From NCBI RefSeq assembly GCF_006345805.1, contig NC_043006.1, positions 75,268,001 through 75,332,000 of the forward strand: a stretch of DNA of 64,000 bases, written 5' to 3'. Within the stretch, counting starts at the first letter, position 1. Each line of letters begins with the position of its first letter. Source of the DNA: Octopus sinensis. Its lineage: Eukaryota. Shown in pieces: positions 12,035 through 26,790 of the stretch. A model generated the notes under the pieces. The model was not told the DNA's origin. It made no database searches and saw only the letters and a list, made by a program, of their open reading frames with translations. The position numbers were made by a program, and so were the translations under genes.

Positions 12035-12746
12035 ATACCACAGTGATCGCAAATTATTGTATTATGTGTTGGCACAAAACTTTTGAAATAGCTCTCGTGT
12101 GCAGTGCGTTTTGTGTCTGTATCAGGGACGTGCCGCCTGGGCAAACAAGGTAGGCAGTGCCTACCTTGAATAAAATAGATCGATAGCAACATTTTCCTTC
12201 AATGACAAAATATGTACCTAATTCAACAAAATTATGAAGGTTACTCTGATTGCTATTTATAAAATGCAAAATATTTTATTTTTTGGTAGATTAGGTAAGC
12301 ATAATTCGCATCTGCTTTTTAATCTTAGGATTTAAGCTGTGCGTAATACTGCTGTAGTACACGTGTTGCGTACATTCCTACAACACCGTTTTCTTTACGT
12401 GTTATAAAGGCAGAAACAAATCTGCCCTCAACTCAGTCGCGCGCCTGTGTTTCGCTTATTTTTCGTGCGTTTTACTACATATAGGTTACCAACTACGTAC
12501 CCTGAGTATTTACTGACGGCACGTACTTGGTCTGTATATACGTATGTGTTGTGACGATGCATAGATTAGTGGTTAGCGCGTTGAACTCATCATCGCGACA
12601 TCGTGGTTTCAGTTCCTGGAGCGCGTGATGCGTTGTGTTCTCGAGCAGAACAATTTGTCTCACGTTGGTCTGCGATGACTTCAACATCTGACTTGTGGTA
12701 CACCGTGAACCTGTACAGGCAACGTCAATTTGCTGAAGGAATAAGC

Positions 12747-13837
12747 GGTGCTATTTAAGAAGAGTGGTCCCGGTGCGCACACTCACGTACTCGCGCATCC
12801 GAGCTAGCTAGTCGTGACTAGTCGATCCTACAACGACTACCTAGTGCGAGTGCGCGTATGCAAATAAAACACAAAAATACAAAGTAAATATTTTTTTAAA
12901 AGCAAAGTAAATAAATTATTTTTTCTAAACAAACGAAATAAATTCTTTTTCTAAACAACGTAAATACATTTGGAGTGCGTTCAATGGGATTAGGGAAATA
13001 GATGTGACACCAAAATGGAAGCACTCCGTCGGTTACGACGATGAGGGTTCCGGTTGATCCGAATCTACGGAACAGCCTGCTCGTGAAATTAACGTGTAAG
13101 TGGCTGAGCACTCCACAGACACGTGTACCCTTAACGTAGTTCTCGGGGATATTCAGCGTGACACAGTGAGTGACAAGGCCGGCCCCTTGAAATACAGGTA
13201 CGACAGAAACAGGAAGTAAGAGTGAGAGAAAGTTGTGGTGAAAGAGTACAGCAGGGATCACCACCATCCCATGCCGGAGCTTCGTGGAGCTTTTAGGTGT
13301 TTTCGCTCAATAAACACTCACAGCGCCCTGTCTGGGAATCGAAACCGCGATCCTATGACCGCGAGTCCGCTGCCCTAACCACTGGGCCATTGCGCCTTGG
13401 GTGTATTTTGGTGTCTGCCATGGAGACACCAAAATACACCCAAGGTGAACCATTCCGAAAATTTTGTCGATCCTATAACAAATGTTCATACAAATTCGGT
13501 TGAAAGTTATTAGAAGAACGTAAAACGACGTTTTAAGAGGATGATGGGGGGTACCAAAAACAGGTAGGGTGTTATTTTTATTTAATTTATTAAAAAAAAA
13601 GTTATTTACGTTGTTTAGAAAAAATATTTTACTTTGTGTTTTTATGTTTTATTTACTTTGTTTAAAAGAAATTATTTTGTTTAAAAAAAACCCTATTTGT
13701 TTTTATAAAAAAACCCTCATCTATTAATTTGCATACGTGCACTCGCGCTAGGTAGTCGTTGTAGGGCCGACTAGTCACGACTAGCTAGCTCGGATACGCG
13801 AGTGCGCGCACCGGGACTGCTCTTCTTAAATAGTACC
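12747..13837. mobile_element. Mutator-like (MULE) MITE
   Basis: ~115-bp TIRs (GGTGCTATTTAAGAAG...CTTCTTAAATAGTACC) plus AT-rich inner inverted repeats; perfect 9-bp TSD GGAATAAGC at 12738-12746 and 13838-13846. Confidence 0.85.
13016..13396 (-). mobile_element. Family 3 SINE inserted in the MULE MITE
   Basis: Near-identical to 1665-2056; TSD GACACCAAAA at 13006-13015 and 13425-13434. Confidence 0.9.
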
Positions 13838-13933
13838 GGAATAAGCTTACAACACGTGCATTTGGTCACTATAAACAAATCATTTGAGTTCGTTGCAGAA
13901 ACATCTTTCTCGGACAACAAGAGACTGCTCACA

Positions 13934-14004
<71 letters not shown>

Positions 14005-15899
14005 GCACACACTTGCTATCAAGAAAACTTCTACATTGTCGCTCGACTTCCTAGAAATAGCGCACAAATTTCCTTTCAGTTACACCATGCGTAATTTTGT
14101 TGCTGACTTTCCAAATGAAATAAAAACGATAAAATATACAGAATATAAAGGTACATTGATTAATGTAGTTCTATATACTTTTCTGGGATCACGTGAATGA
14201 GGAAGGCGCGATCCAGAGAGGAGTGGACAGCGTGCTGTGACCAGCGGTGTCAAATGGACGCCCGACGGACTGGTCGGTCAAGGTGATCAAGGTGATATAC
14301 ATTATACCTGAATAAAATACTGACAGTCCTTAAATTTCCTTAAGCCAATCAAAGGCCAAACAACAGGAGATCAGGTGTTCTGATCGTGAACATGTCAGGC
14401 AACATTATGCAATATGTCTTCCCGTTTTTATGACGGTAGAGTATTACCAGATTTGGCTGCTATATCTAATCCAGTACCACATTATCTAAGATATTTCGTT
14501 TCCTTTTTCAGACAGTAAGGTGTAATTTGAAATGATTTAGCTGCTATTTCTAGCAGGCACTGGTCATTGAGAATCACATCTTATGTCTTTTCAATACAAA
14601 AATGTGCCCGTCCTTCTTCAATACTTGTGGTTTAAGTAAAATGTAACTGCTATTTCTAGAAGGCCAGTGACCGTATAGGCGAGTGCCTTTGTTGATTACA
14701 ATGCGTACCAGTAATATTATGAGATTAGCTTGCACATTAGAAAAATTCGTTAGCGTAACATTATGCAAGGGAGATAATTCACATAAATTGATGGCTCCAA
14801 TCTGCCTAGCTAAAAGTACTTCAATGCTAAACGTTTTGAGCAAAATTTTGTTTTTTTAAATCATTACTTCATAATCAAGATGACGATGGATGACGCTCAC
14901 GATGATAGTTACTTCTCTGAGTTCAAATCCTGCTAGCCTCAACTTTCGTGCTTTAGATTTTTTTTTTGTACTAAACATTTCTCCTACTGCACTGTTGTTT
15001 TGTACGGGAAATAATATCTTCTGACACAGTTGAGATTTCTTTTTATCTCGGAAACACATGCACTTTTCATTCTTCTTGGTTCAATAAAGTATCATCAAAG
15101 AATTCTGAATGAAAAGAATGAGGAATAGCATAAACGGTATGATGGTAATCCCTTGTGGTCTCAGGAAGACGGTTCCTTGCTGAACAACCCTATCAAATGA
15201 TTTGTTTATAAGGATCAAATCTATGTGATGTGTCTTAACTCACTCCCTCTCTGAAATTGATGTTGTCCGAACAGGGACATGGTGTACCACATGTCAGGTG
15301 TTGAAGTGATCACCACCTTAAATATAATATTGGTTTCAAATTTTGGCACAAGGCCAGCAATTTTGGGAGAAGGGTCATAGTCTATTACATCGACCCCAGT
15401 GCTCAACAGGTACTTATTACTTATTTGCAAGTACCTGGTCCTAAAGTCTAGCTAACAGACTTTAGGACAAGGGGTAAAAATAAATATTTGTATGTTCCTC
15501 TTATTGGTTCATTGAAGTTCTTCAGTATTTTGACATTATTCCTGATTATAGGCCTTGATGTATAAGGTTCTTCCACTGTCTGTTCCTCTTTTTACTTCAT
15601 TCACGTTCTTCAGCATTTCATCCTTATTCCTGATTATAGCCGTTCTTCCAGTTTCTGACTTGAATCTAAGCCCAGCTTAAATTGTTTCTGTTACCTTTTA
15701 TTCAATTTTATCATTAAGGGATTAGAAGGGTCTCTCATAACTAATTGTATATGGATTAAAGTTTTAGTTTGTCTTTCATGTCAGTTTGTCCGAGACTTGG
15801 TATTTACAGGATTAATTGGGTTAGGTTACAAGATTAATTGTTAGCAATTACTTTATGATGGATTTGTGATATATGTTTTTATACTGGCTTCACATTTTG

Positions 15900-16480
15900 A
15901 CATAAGGCCAACAATTACAGGGGAGGGATAAGGAGATTACATTGACGCTCATGCTCAACTGGTATTTATTTTATCAACTGTGAAAAGATGAAAGACTTAG
16001 ACGACCTTAGTGGAATTTGAACTCAGAATGGAAAAACAAATGAAATGCTGCTAAGCATCTTGCCCAGTGTGTTAATGATTATGTCAGCTCATTGCCTTTA
16101 AGATGTAAATATTGGTATCAAATTTTGGCGCAAGACCAGAGATTTCAGGGAAGGGGCTAAGGGCTAAGTTGGTTTAACTGACCCCAGTGCTCAACAAGAA
16201 CTTATTTTATCGACCCTGAAAGGAGATAAAACCAAAGTCAACCTCTGTGGAATTAGAACTCTGATTGTACAGACAGAGAAAATACTGCTAAGCAGTTCAC
16301 CCAGCATGCTAATGATTCTGTCAGGTCACTGCCTTAATAAAAATAATAATCCTTTCTACTAAAGGCGCAAGGCCTGAAATTTTGGGAGAGGGGCCTAGTT
16401 GATTATTTTGACTGCAGTGTTTCACTGATACTTAATTTATCGACCCTGAAAGGATGAGAGGCAAAGTCGACCTCGGCTTA
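15900..16480 (-). mobile_element. Chain of diverged family 1 SINEs
   Basis: Repeated reverse-complement GAAAGGCAAAGTCGAC / GGAATTTGAACTCAGA motifs. Confidence 0.75.
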
Positions 16481-16489
16481 ATAATAAAT

Positions 16490-16767
16490 CCCAAAATGGC
16501 AGAAATTCATGAGCTCATGGGAACTGCTCATATCCTATGCAAAATACTTTCTATGTTATCTCAAGTTTTAAAACAAACATAATTTCCATATGTTTTTTTT
16601 TTTTTTAGGCATTCACTAGTACAACACTAAATGCATAACCAAATATATGGCACACTAGGCATAACAACAACATGAACTTCCAACCTGTTGTCTCTTGAGG
16701 TCTCTGGGTGAGACTTGGAGCCAACTTGTACAAATATAAAGCAAAAGTCAAACATAGAATAATAATA

Positions 16768-16830
<63 letters not shown>
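16490..16830 (+). mobile_element. 3' end of R4/Dong-type (RLE) LINE with (TAA)n tail
   Basis: Translates PKMAEIHELMGTAHILCKILSM (RLE C-terminal GTAHIL motif), then 3' UTR and (TAA)n. Confidence 0.7.
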
Positions 16831-16832
<2 letters not shown>

Positions 16833-16959
16833 TTCAAATTGTGGTGCAAGGGAAGGGAGTAAGTCAACATGAACCTTACAAGGATGAAAGGCGAAGTTGA
16901 CGTTGGGTGGAATTTGAACTCAGATTTAAGATGTAAATATTGATGACATATTCTTTTTA

Positions 16960-17360
16960 TTCTTTTATTTGTTTCAGTCATTTGACTGCAGTCATGCTGG
17001 AGCACCGCCTTTAGTTGAGCAAATCGACCCCAGGACTTATTCTTTGTAAGCCTAGGACTTATTTTATCAGTCTCTCTTGCTGAGCCGCTAAGTGACAGTG
17101 ATGTAAACACACCAGCATCAGTTGTCAAGCGATGTTGGGGGGACAAACACAATCACACAAACATATACATGCATATATATATATATATATATATACGACA
17201 GGCTTCTTTCAGTTTCTGTCTACCAAATCCATTCACAAGGCTTTGGTTGGTCTGAGGCTATAGTAGAAGACTCTTGCCCAAGGTGCCATGCAGTGGGACT
17301 GAACCTGGAACCATGTGGTTGGTAAGCAAGCTACTTACCACACAGCCACTCCTGCGCCTA
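16960..17360 (-). mobile_element. Family 2 CORE-like SINE with internal microsatellite
   Basis: tRNA-like head, GGCACCTTGGGCAAG segment, CA/TA insert, GACTGAAACAA tail. Other copies near 23735-24125, 26350-26720, 27060-27430, 30540-30770, 32150-32590, 51270-51470. Confidence 0.85.
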
Positions 17361-18705
17361 TATAATGGCACAAACCTCAACAATTTGGAGAAGAGGAATA
17401 GTCTATTAAGCCAGTCCCCTAGTATCTGACTGGTACTTCATATTATTGATCCTTGAAAATTGAAAGGCACACTGGCCTCTGGCAGGAATTGAATTCAAAA
17501 TGTAAACGGATGTAAATAATGACAGCAAGGCATTTTGTTTACTGCTTTACCAATTCCCACAATCCACCGCTGTGTGTAGAGGTAGTTATTACAGTCACAG
17601 TATCGACCACTCTATGAGATGTTGTTATATATCGCTGGTCACAATGCACTTTGCATCGTTTTAGTTTTTGAATGATGTCACCTCACTGGCTGGTTGAGCA
17701 AGCCAACATTTTCCCTGATTGGAAGGCTGACCCTTCACAGGGTTACCCCTTTACAGTTGAGTGGACTGGGGCAATGTGAAATGCAGGGTTTTGCTCAAGA
17801 ACACATGTTACCCGGTCCAGGAATTGAAACCACAATCTCAAGATTGTGAGTGCAAACACTTTTACCACTAGACCCCATGCCTTCACAAAGGTAATTATGA
17901 AAGAAAGAAACAAAGAATTTAAAAGTGTTTTGATGAGGTTAATTAGAAGGAAAAATCATAATTATATTAACAATTATTTATATCAGACATTTAGACATCT
18001 AATTATTGATAATTTCATTGTTTCCATAATTAATGATTTTTATCAGGAATTTTTTTTTTTTATCAAGACAAGGTGACAAGATGGTAGAATTACCAACATC
18101 TTGGTCAAGATGCTCAACAGCATTTCTTCCCTCTTTACATTCTGGGTTCAAATTCCATCCGGGTTGACTCTGCCTTTCATGCTTTCGAGGTTGATGAAAT
18201 AAGTACCGGTCAAGTACTGGGGGAATCGATGTAATCAATTTGCCTTCTCCTCCTCCCCCTAAAATTGCGAACTGGCAGAATCATTAGCCCTCCAGGAAAA
18301 ATGCCCAACAGCATTTTGTTTGTCTTCATGTTCTGAGTTCAAATCCTGCTGAGGTTGACTTTACTTTCCATCTTTATGGGGTCGACAAAATAAGTAGCAG
18401 TTGAATACTGGGGTTGACTACCCCTCCTCTAAAATTCTGGACTTATACCAAAATTTGAATATCATCATCATCATCATCATCATCAAAGTGGTGAGCTAGC
18501 AGAATCGTTAGCGCACCAGACAAAATGCTTAGCGGCATTTCGTCTGCCATTATGTTCTGAGTTCAAATTCCGCCAAGGTCGACTTTGCCTTTCATCCCTT
18601 CGGGGACTGATAAAATTAGTACCAGTTATGCACAGGGGTCAATGTAATCAACTTAAACCTTTTCCCCCAAATTTGAGGCCTTGTACTTCCAGTAGAAAGG
18701 ATTAC

Positions 18706-19275
<570 letters not shown>

Positions 19276-20224
19276 TCTCGTTTTTATTATTTATTTATTA
19301 TTATTATTATTATCAGATTCGTTAGCTAGTCAGGCAAAATGCCTAATGGCTAGTGACATTTCGTCTGTCTTCATGTTCCGAGTTCAAATTCTGCAGAGGG
19401 TGACTTTGCCTTTCATCCTTTCGGGGTCAATAAAATTAGTACCAGTTATGCACTGGGGTCAATGTAATCGACTTACCCTCTTCCCTGAAATTGCTGATCT
19501 TGTGCCAAAATTTGATATCGTCATCGTTGTTGCTGTTGTTGTTGGCATCGTCATCGTTGTTGTTGTCGTTGCTGCTGCTGCTGTTATCATTGTTGTCGTT
19601 GTCGTTGTCATCGTTGTTGCCATCATTGTTGTTGCTGCTACTGCTGTTGTTGTTGTTGTTAAGCAACAAGATGGATAAGGGTGATTAGGCGTTGGTCTAG
19701 GGCTTAGGGGCAGGAGACCCCAGACCTTGGAAAAAAAACAAAACTTTGCTAGCCTTGTTGTAGTCGAGGGCTCTTCGCTGACGCCCAACACCACTGGGAG
19801 GTGGCCCTCGAAGTCGCTAGAAATAGAGATCTCCAGGCCCAAATTCTTGAATGGCTGCTGCTGTTGTTGTTATTATTCATCTTTATGTTCTGGGTTCAAA
19901 TTACTCCGTGGTTGGCCTTTCATCCTTTTGAGAATGGATTGATAAAAATAAGTATCTGCTAAGCACCAGAGTCAATGAAATTGAGGAGCCTCCACCCCTC
20001 CTACTGCAAAGCAAAAAAAAAAGGAAAAAAAAAAAAAATTCAGGCTTTGTACATATAGTAGAAAAGGATTCCTGCTATTAACATGCTTATGTATTTATTT
20101 ATTTATTTATTTATTTGTTTCTCTGCTATTTGCAAACCACTCTTGCATTTATAATAATTACCACTTAAAATGTATTTTATATTATCTGGTTTTTTTTTTG
20201 TTTAATTTTTCACCACTTTAAAAG

Positions 20225-20262
20225 CTAAGGATGGTGTTTATTTTTACATTTTCTGTCATTTT

Positions 20263-20293
<31 letters not shown>

Positions 20294-20318
20294 AACTACC
20301 ACCACCACCACCACCACC

Positions 20319-20368
<50 letters not shown>

Positions 20369-20726
20369 CACCACCACCACCACCACCACCACCACCACTA
20401 CTGCTACTACTACTATCACACACACACACACACACACACATATATGGGTAGGCACACATATTTTCAATAATACCCCTCTCTCCAAAAAAAAAGAAAACTT
20501 GATGTAAAAAGGAAATTTGTTTTTTACCGCTGCTCATTCCGTTTCCATTCTTTGAGTGGGTTGTCAAATAATAAATAGCCATTCCTCTAATGTTTCCTTT
20601 CAACCTATCCTTTCATTTGAGATGTAGATGGTACTTCATCATAGCAGGATGGGTAATGTTGTTGTTGTTGTTGTTGTTGCTGTTGCTGCTGCTGCGGTTG
20701 TTGTTGTTCTTCTTCTTCTCCTCCCC

Positions 20727-20773
<47 letters not shown>

Positions 20774-20780
20774 GCCAAGG
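20225..20780. repeat. Trinucleotide repeats (CTA, CAC, GTT, ATT)
   Basis: Direct tandem repeats. Confidence 0.95.
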
Positions 20781-21636
20781 CGGTGAGTTGGCAGAAACGT
20801 TAGCATGCCGGGCGAAATGCTTAGCCTTATTTCGTCTGCCGGTAAATTCTGTGTTCAAATTCCGCCGAAGTCGACTTTGCCTTGCATCAATTCGGGGTCG
20901 ATTAAATAAGTACCAGTTACGCACTGGGGTTGATATAATCGATTTAATCCGTTTGTCTGTCCTTGTTTGTCCTTTCTGAGTTTAGCCCCTTGTGGGTAGT
21001 AAAGAAATAGGTATTTCGCCTGTTGCTATGTTCTGAGTTCAAATTCCACCAATGTTATCTTTACCTTTCATCGTTTCGAGGTTGATTAAATAAGTACCAG
21101 GCTCAACTTTGTCTTTCATCGTTTCAGAGTCAATAAATTATGCACCAGTAAAATATTGGGGGTAGATATAATCAACTGGTTTCCACCCCCACCCACCGCT
21201 ACCAATTTCAGGTCTTGTGCTTTTAGTAGAAAGGAGTGTGAGTGGGTGAGAAGGAATTGGAGAGGGCACATGCTCCTGGGGTTTCAGGGAAATCTCGCAC
21301 AGTGGGGTTCCTCGATTATCCCTAGAGGCCTTCCTGTATTAGGAGGGCCATAATCTTTATCATCCTCCCCATCCCTTTTTCTTTTTGTATTTAGACCATT
21401 GTATGCTATGCATATGTCCCTTCTTTGTCAGTGTATACCATGTATACTTTCTTTCTCTCTCTCTTTTTTCTTTCTTTCTTCCTTCCTTCCTTCCTGTTTC
21501 TTGAGTAACGCTGCGATGGACTAGCATCCCGTCCAGCTGGGGGGAACACATACACCACAGAAACCAGGAAACCGGGCCCATGAGCCTGTCTAGGCTTGAA
21601 AAGGGTGACATTTATTGTTTATCGCTTTTATTATTA

Positions 21637-21675
<39 letters not shown>

Positions 21676-22216
21676 GAAGTAGTAGTAGTAAAGTGGTAAG
21701 TTGGCAGAATTGTTAGTGCATTGGCCAAAGTGCTTAGTGGCATATCTTTGGACATTTACATGCTGAGATCAAATCCTGGTGAGGTCACCTTCGCTTTTCA
21801 CCCATGGGATCAATAAAATAGGCACCTGTTGAGTACCAGGGTCAATGTCATTGACTTCCCCCTCTCCTCAAAACTGCTGGCTTGGTGCTAAATTTAGAAA
21901 GAATTTTCATTAGTACTATTGACTCTTTTAGGCTCTTTCTGTTTTTGGCAGGAAAATATTTTGCTGTATTTCTTCCTGCTTTTTGCATTTTGGGTTAATG
22001 TCCTGTCAAGGTGAACATTGCTGTTCATCTTTTTGGTGACAATGAAATAGAATTGTAGTCTCTTCCTGTGAAATTGCTCGTCTAATGCTGAAATTAGAAA
22101 CAATAATAATATTATTGTTATTCATTGGGCAAAATGCTTAGTGGTATTTCGTCCGTCATTACACTCTGAGTCAAAATTCCTCTGAGGTCAACTTTACATC
22201 CTTTCGGGGTTGTTAA

Positions 22217-22744
22217 CCTCTTGATGCTGGTATTACCCGAAGCATGCGAGACACTGCTCCGGTTTTTTTTTTATCTAATGAAGCCACAAAAACACACAAG
22301 TGCCAACGAGCTCGCATCTATTTACGTTCACCGTTACAATAACATAGCGTCGTACATTTACGTCTACCAGTTTATGAAAACGAACAATGTGAAGCTATTT
22401 ATCATAATATGATATGCATGAGTTATTCTGCTCAAGTTCAGAAAATACCTTGCGTGTGGTACAACTCAAAACATGGTATTATGCATGTAAAATATCCGCA
22501 TGTCACTGGTCTACTGCTAAGTCTGATGTCTTGAACGTAACCTAAAATAGCTAAGATAATGCATGGGACAGCGAGTGCGTGCACACCTCAAAAGATAAAG
22601 TACACAATAGCGAACGTAAGCATACGTCAGCCGCTAAAATGTCTGTGATAGATGTAGGGCAGCTCTACATTGTATATTTACATTAACCGTGGGTAGGCAA
22701 GCAAAAGTCTGATCGCATATTTGCGTCAACCGTTGTCAAGGGGT
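22217..22744. mobile_element. Possible diverged piggyBac-type MITE inside a family 1 SINE
   Basis: Starts TTAA|CCTCTTGA, ends TCAAGGGG|TTCA, and splits a SINE between CCTTTCGGGG and AAATAAGTACC; TIR match is poor. Confidence 0.4.
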
Positions 22745-23073
22745 TCAAAATAAGTACCCGTGCAACACTGGGTTCAATGTAATTGCCCCATCTCCTTCCC
22801 TAAACTTGCTGGCCTTGTGCCAAAATTTGAAACCGATATTATTATTATTTAAAAGTTAAGGCGGTAAGCTGGCTGAGTTGTTAGCTGCGCTGGATGAAAT
22901 GCTTAGTAGTATTTCGCCTGTCGTTACATTCTGAGTTCAAATTCTGCCAAGACTGACTTTACCTTTCATCTTTTTGGGTTTCGTAACTTAAGTGGCAGTT
23001 GTGTAGTGGGGTCGATGTAATTGACTAGCCAACCTCTCCTGAAATTTGAGGCCTTGTGCTTCCAGTAGAAAGA

Positions 23074-23129
<56 letters not shown>

Positions 23130-23161
23130 TCTTTTACTTGTTTCAGTCATTATTATTATTA

Positions 23162-23200
<39 letters not shown>

Positions 23201-24261
23201 AAAGCAGCATGGCAGTGAGGTGGCAAGATCGTTAGCTCACCAGATGAAATGTTCAGCAGTGTCACCTGTCACTATGTTCTGAGTTCAAATTCACCGAGAT
23301 TGACTTTATCTTTCGGGGTTGATGCATGCAATTGACTATCCACATCAGTCAAATTTCAGCCCTTGTGCCTATTGATAATAATAATATTACTAATAGTAAT
23401 AATAATACTAACCTATAAAGTATTGCTGTTGTTGCTGCTGCTACTGCTGCTGTTGCTGTTGCTGTTGTTGTTGTTGTTGTTGTTTTTATTAATATTTGAA
23501 AGCAACAAGCTGGCAGAATCGTTAGCACGCTTGGCAAGATGCCTAGTGATATTTCACCTGTCGCTACGCTCTGAGTTCAAATTCCGCCGAGGTTGACTTT
23601 GCCTTTCATCCTTTTGGGGGTCAATAAATTAAGTACCAGTCGAGTATTGGGGGGTCGATGTAATTAACTATCCCCTTCTCCCAACTTTCAGCCCTTGTGC
23701 CTTATAGTAGAAAGGATTATTATTATTGATTCTTTTACTCTTTTACTTGTTTCAGTCATGTGACTGACCATGCTGGAGCACCGCCTTTAGTCGAGCAAAT
23801 CGACCCCAGGACTTATTCTTTGTATACTTATTATTTTGGTCTCTTTTGCTGAACCGCTAAGTTACAGGGATGTAAACACACCAGCATTGGTTGTCAAGTG
23901 ATGTTGGGGGACAAACACCAGCACAAACACACACACACACATACATATATATACATATATACGACAGGCTTCTTTCAGTTTCCATCTACCAAATCCACTC
24001 ACAAGGCTTTGGTCCGCCCGAGGCTATAGTAGAAGACACTTGCTGGAGGTGCCACGCGGTGGGACTGAACCCAGAACCATGTGGTTGGTAAGCAAGCTAC
24101 TTACCACACAGCCACTCCTACGCCTCTTTTGAGTAGAATTATTTTGCACTGTCCTTAAAGAATCTTAACAATAAATAAATATATGAATAAAACTGATGTA
24201 AAAATATAATGTAAAAGATTTTAGAAAATTAGAATCCTTCCACAGCAGCAGCAGCAACAGC

Positions 24262-24292
<31 letters not shown>

Positions 24293-24394
24293 GCAACAGT
24301 GCAATCTAACCTGCTGACATGATTTCCAAATGAAACTTGTTCAGTGAAGAATCTCCTTATAGAAATTAGAGTAGTTTGTTTCAATGACAAGGGG

Positions 24395-24850
24395 ATGATG
24401 ATAATGGATGGTAATAAATAAATGAAATAATAAATAAATAATATAAAATAATATAATAAATGAAATAATAAATAAATAAATAAATAAAATAAATAAATTA
24501 AATAATAAATAAAAAAATAAAATAATATATAATAAATAAATAATAAATAAATAAAATAAATAATATAAAATAATATAATAAATGAAATAATAAATAAATA
24601 AATAAAATAAATAAATAAAATAATAAATAAATAAATAAAATAATAAATAAACAAATAAAATAATGAATAAATAAAATAGTGAATAAATGAAATAATAAAT
24701 AAATAAAACCATAAATAAATAGATAAATAAATAAAATAATATATAGAATAAATATAAAATAAAATAACAAATAAATAGAATAAATAAATACATAAAATAA
24801 ATATATAAATAAAATAAATAAATAAATAAATAAATGAAAAATATTAAACA
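24395..24850. repeat. AATAA/AAAT low-complexity array
   Basis: Degenerate 4-5-nt A-rich repeats; source of the FIYLFI ORFs. Confidence 0.95.
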
Positions 24851-25259
24851 ATTGAAAAAAAAAAAAAAAAATGCTGCTAAGGTTCTTCTTAGCAGTTCAT
24901 TTGATCAATTATCGATTGTAAAATTATTATTATTATTATTATTATTATTTTTTTTTTTTTTATTTTTTTTTTTTTTCTTGTCTGAGCTGAGCTAAGTTGG
25001 TTTAACATGGATCAAGATATGAGCTGAGGATTTCATTCTGAAAAATAAATAAAATAAAGAGAGGTGAATAAATGGATAAATGGAAATGCCATGTCTTTTA
25101 TCGGAGAAAAACGCTGGCTTCTCGAGTTTCTTGTTGTTACGTTGGAAATCAATCAATGCTTGAGATTAGATCAGGGATGGAAATCGAAACACTTTTCTTC
25201 CCCCCCCCTGATTCTTCCTCGTACTCAATACCGAAAGTTTCTGGCATCAGACATCTAGG

Positions 25260-26210
25260 TGCGCATGCGTGTGTGTGCATGTGTGTGTTTCTCTGTGTGT
25301 GTGTGTGTGTGTGTGTATGTGTGTGTGTGTGTGCGTGCGTGTGTTTGTGTGTGTGTGTGTGTTTGTGTGTGTATGTGTGTGTGTGTCCCCGTCCGTGTGC
25401 GTCTGTGTACATGCATGCATGCGTGCGTGAGTGTGTGTGCATGTGTGTGTTTCTGTGCGTGCGTGTGTTTGTGTGTGTGTGGTGTGTGTGTGTGTGTGTG
25501 TGGTGTGTGTGTGTGTGTGTGTTTGTGTGTGTGTGTTGTGTGTGTGTGTGTGTATGTGTGTGTGTGTCCCCGTCCGTGTGCATCTGTGTACATGCATGCA
25601 TGCGTGCGTGAGTGTGTGTGCATGTGTGTGTTTCTGTGCGTGCGTGTGTTTGTGTGTGTGTGTGTGTGTGTCCCCGTCCGTGTGCGTCTGTACATGCATG
25701 CATGCGTGCGTGAGTGTGTGTGCATGTGTGTGTTTCTGTGCGTGCGTGTGTTTGTGTGTGTGTGTGTGTGTGTCCCCGTCCGTGTGCGTCTGTACATGCA
25801 TGCGTGCGTGCGTGAGTGTGTGTGCACGTGTGTGCATGCATGTGTTTGCGTGCATGCAGTTTTGTGGTTATGCATGTGAGTTTGCGCATGTGCTAGCATG
25901 TGCTCCCTCTTTCTCTATCTCTCTCTACCTCTCTCTCTCTCCCCTTTCTCTCTCTCTCTCCCCTTTCTCCCTCTCTTCCTCTGTTTCCTTATCATTTTCT
26001 CTCTCCCTCTCTCTTTCTCACCTTTACCTTCCTCTCTCGCTCTTGTTCTATCACTCTTTATCCTTTCTTTCTCCCTCTCTTTATCGCTCTCCTATCTCTC
26101 CTCTCACTTTCTTTCCAAATTTCTTCCTCTCTTTTTTTCTCCATTCTCTCCTCACTCTCTGTCTCTTTCTTTCCCTCCCCTTCACACTCACACACACACA
26201 CACACACACA
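25260..26210. repeat. GT-rich higher-order minisatellite followed by CT-rich tract
   Basis: Marker GTGTCCCCGTCCGTGTGC recurs four times (about 25383, 25564, 25668, 25770). Confidence 0.9.
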
Positions 26211-26790
26211 TTATCACGGAAGAAATTCTTTCATTGGAAAAGTGGTGAATTTAGGTTATTTTAATAATTCACTGAACACAGGATGCAGCCCCTGCTGATC
26301 AAACTGTAAAACAATCTCTTTCCCTGGCCCTGACATGCAAACAGGGGCCTCTTTTACTTGTTTCAGTCATGTGACTGTGGCCATGCTGGAGCACCGCCTT
26401 TAGTCGAGCAAGTCAACCCTAGCACTTATTCTTTGGAAGCCTAATACTTATTCTATCAGTCTCTTTTGCTGAACCGCTAAGTTATGGGGACGTAAACACA
26501 CCTGTATCAGTTGTCAAGCGATGTTGGGGGGACAAACACAAACACACAAACACACACACACACACACACATATATACATATATATAACGGGCTTCTTTTC
26601 AGTTTCCATCTACCAAATTCACTCACAAGGCTTTGGTTGGCCCAAGGCTATAGTAGAAGACACTTGCCCAAGATACTATGCATTAGGACTGAACCTGGAA
26701 CCATGTGGTTGGTAAGTAAGCTACTGGTGTCCTGGTGTTATGCCAAGGGAGATAATAACTCAAATGGAGGAAGATATATATATATATATA

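Noticed and set aside
12124-12170. hAT-like terminus CAGGGACGTGCC
   Set aside because: No matching opposite end or TSD found.
15493-15655. Diverged ~88-bp dimer with a short minus-strand reading frame
   Set aside because: Bounded by stops, no convincing splice sites, no recognisable protein.
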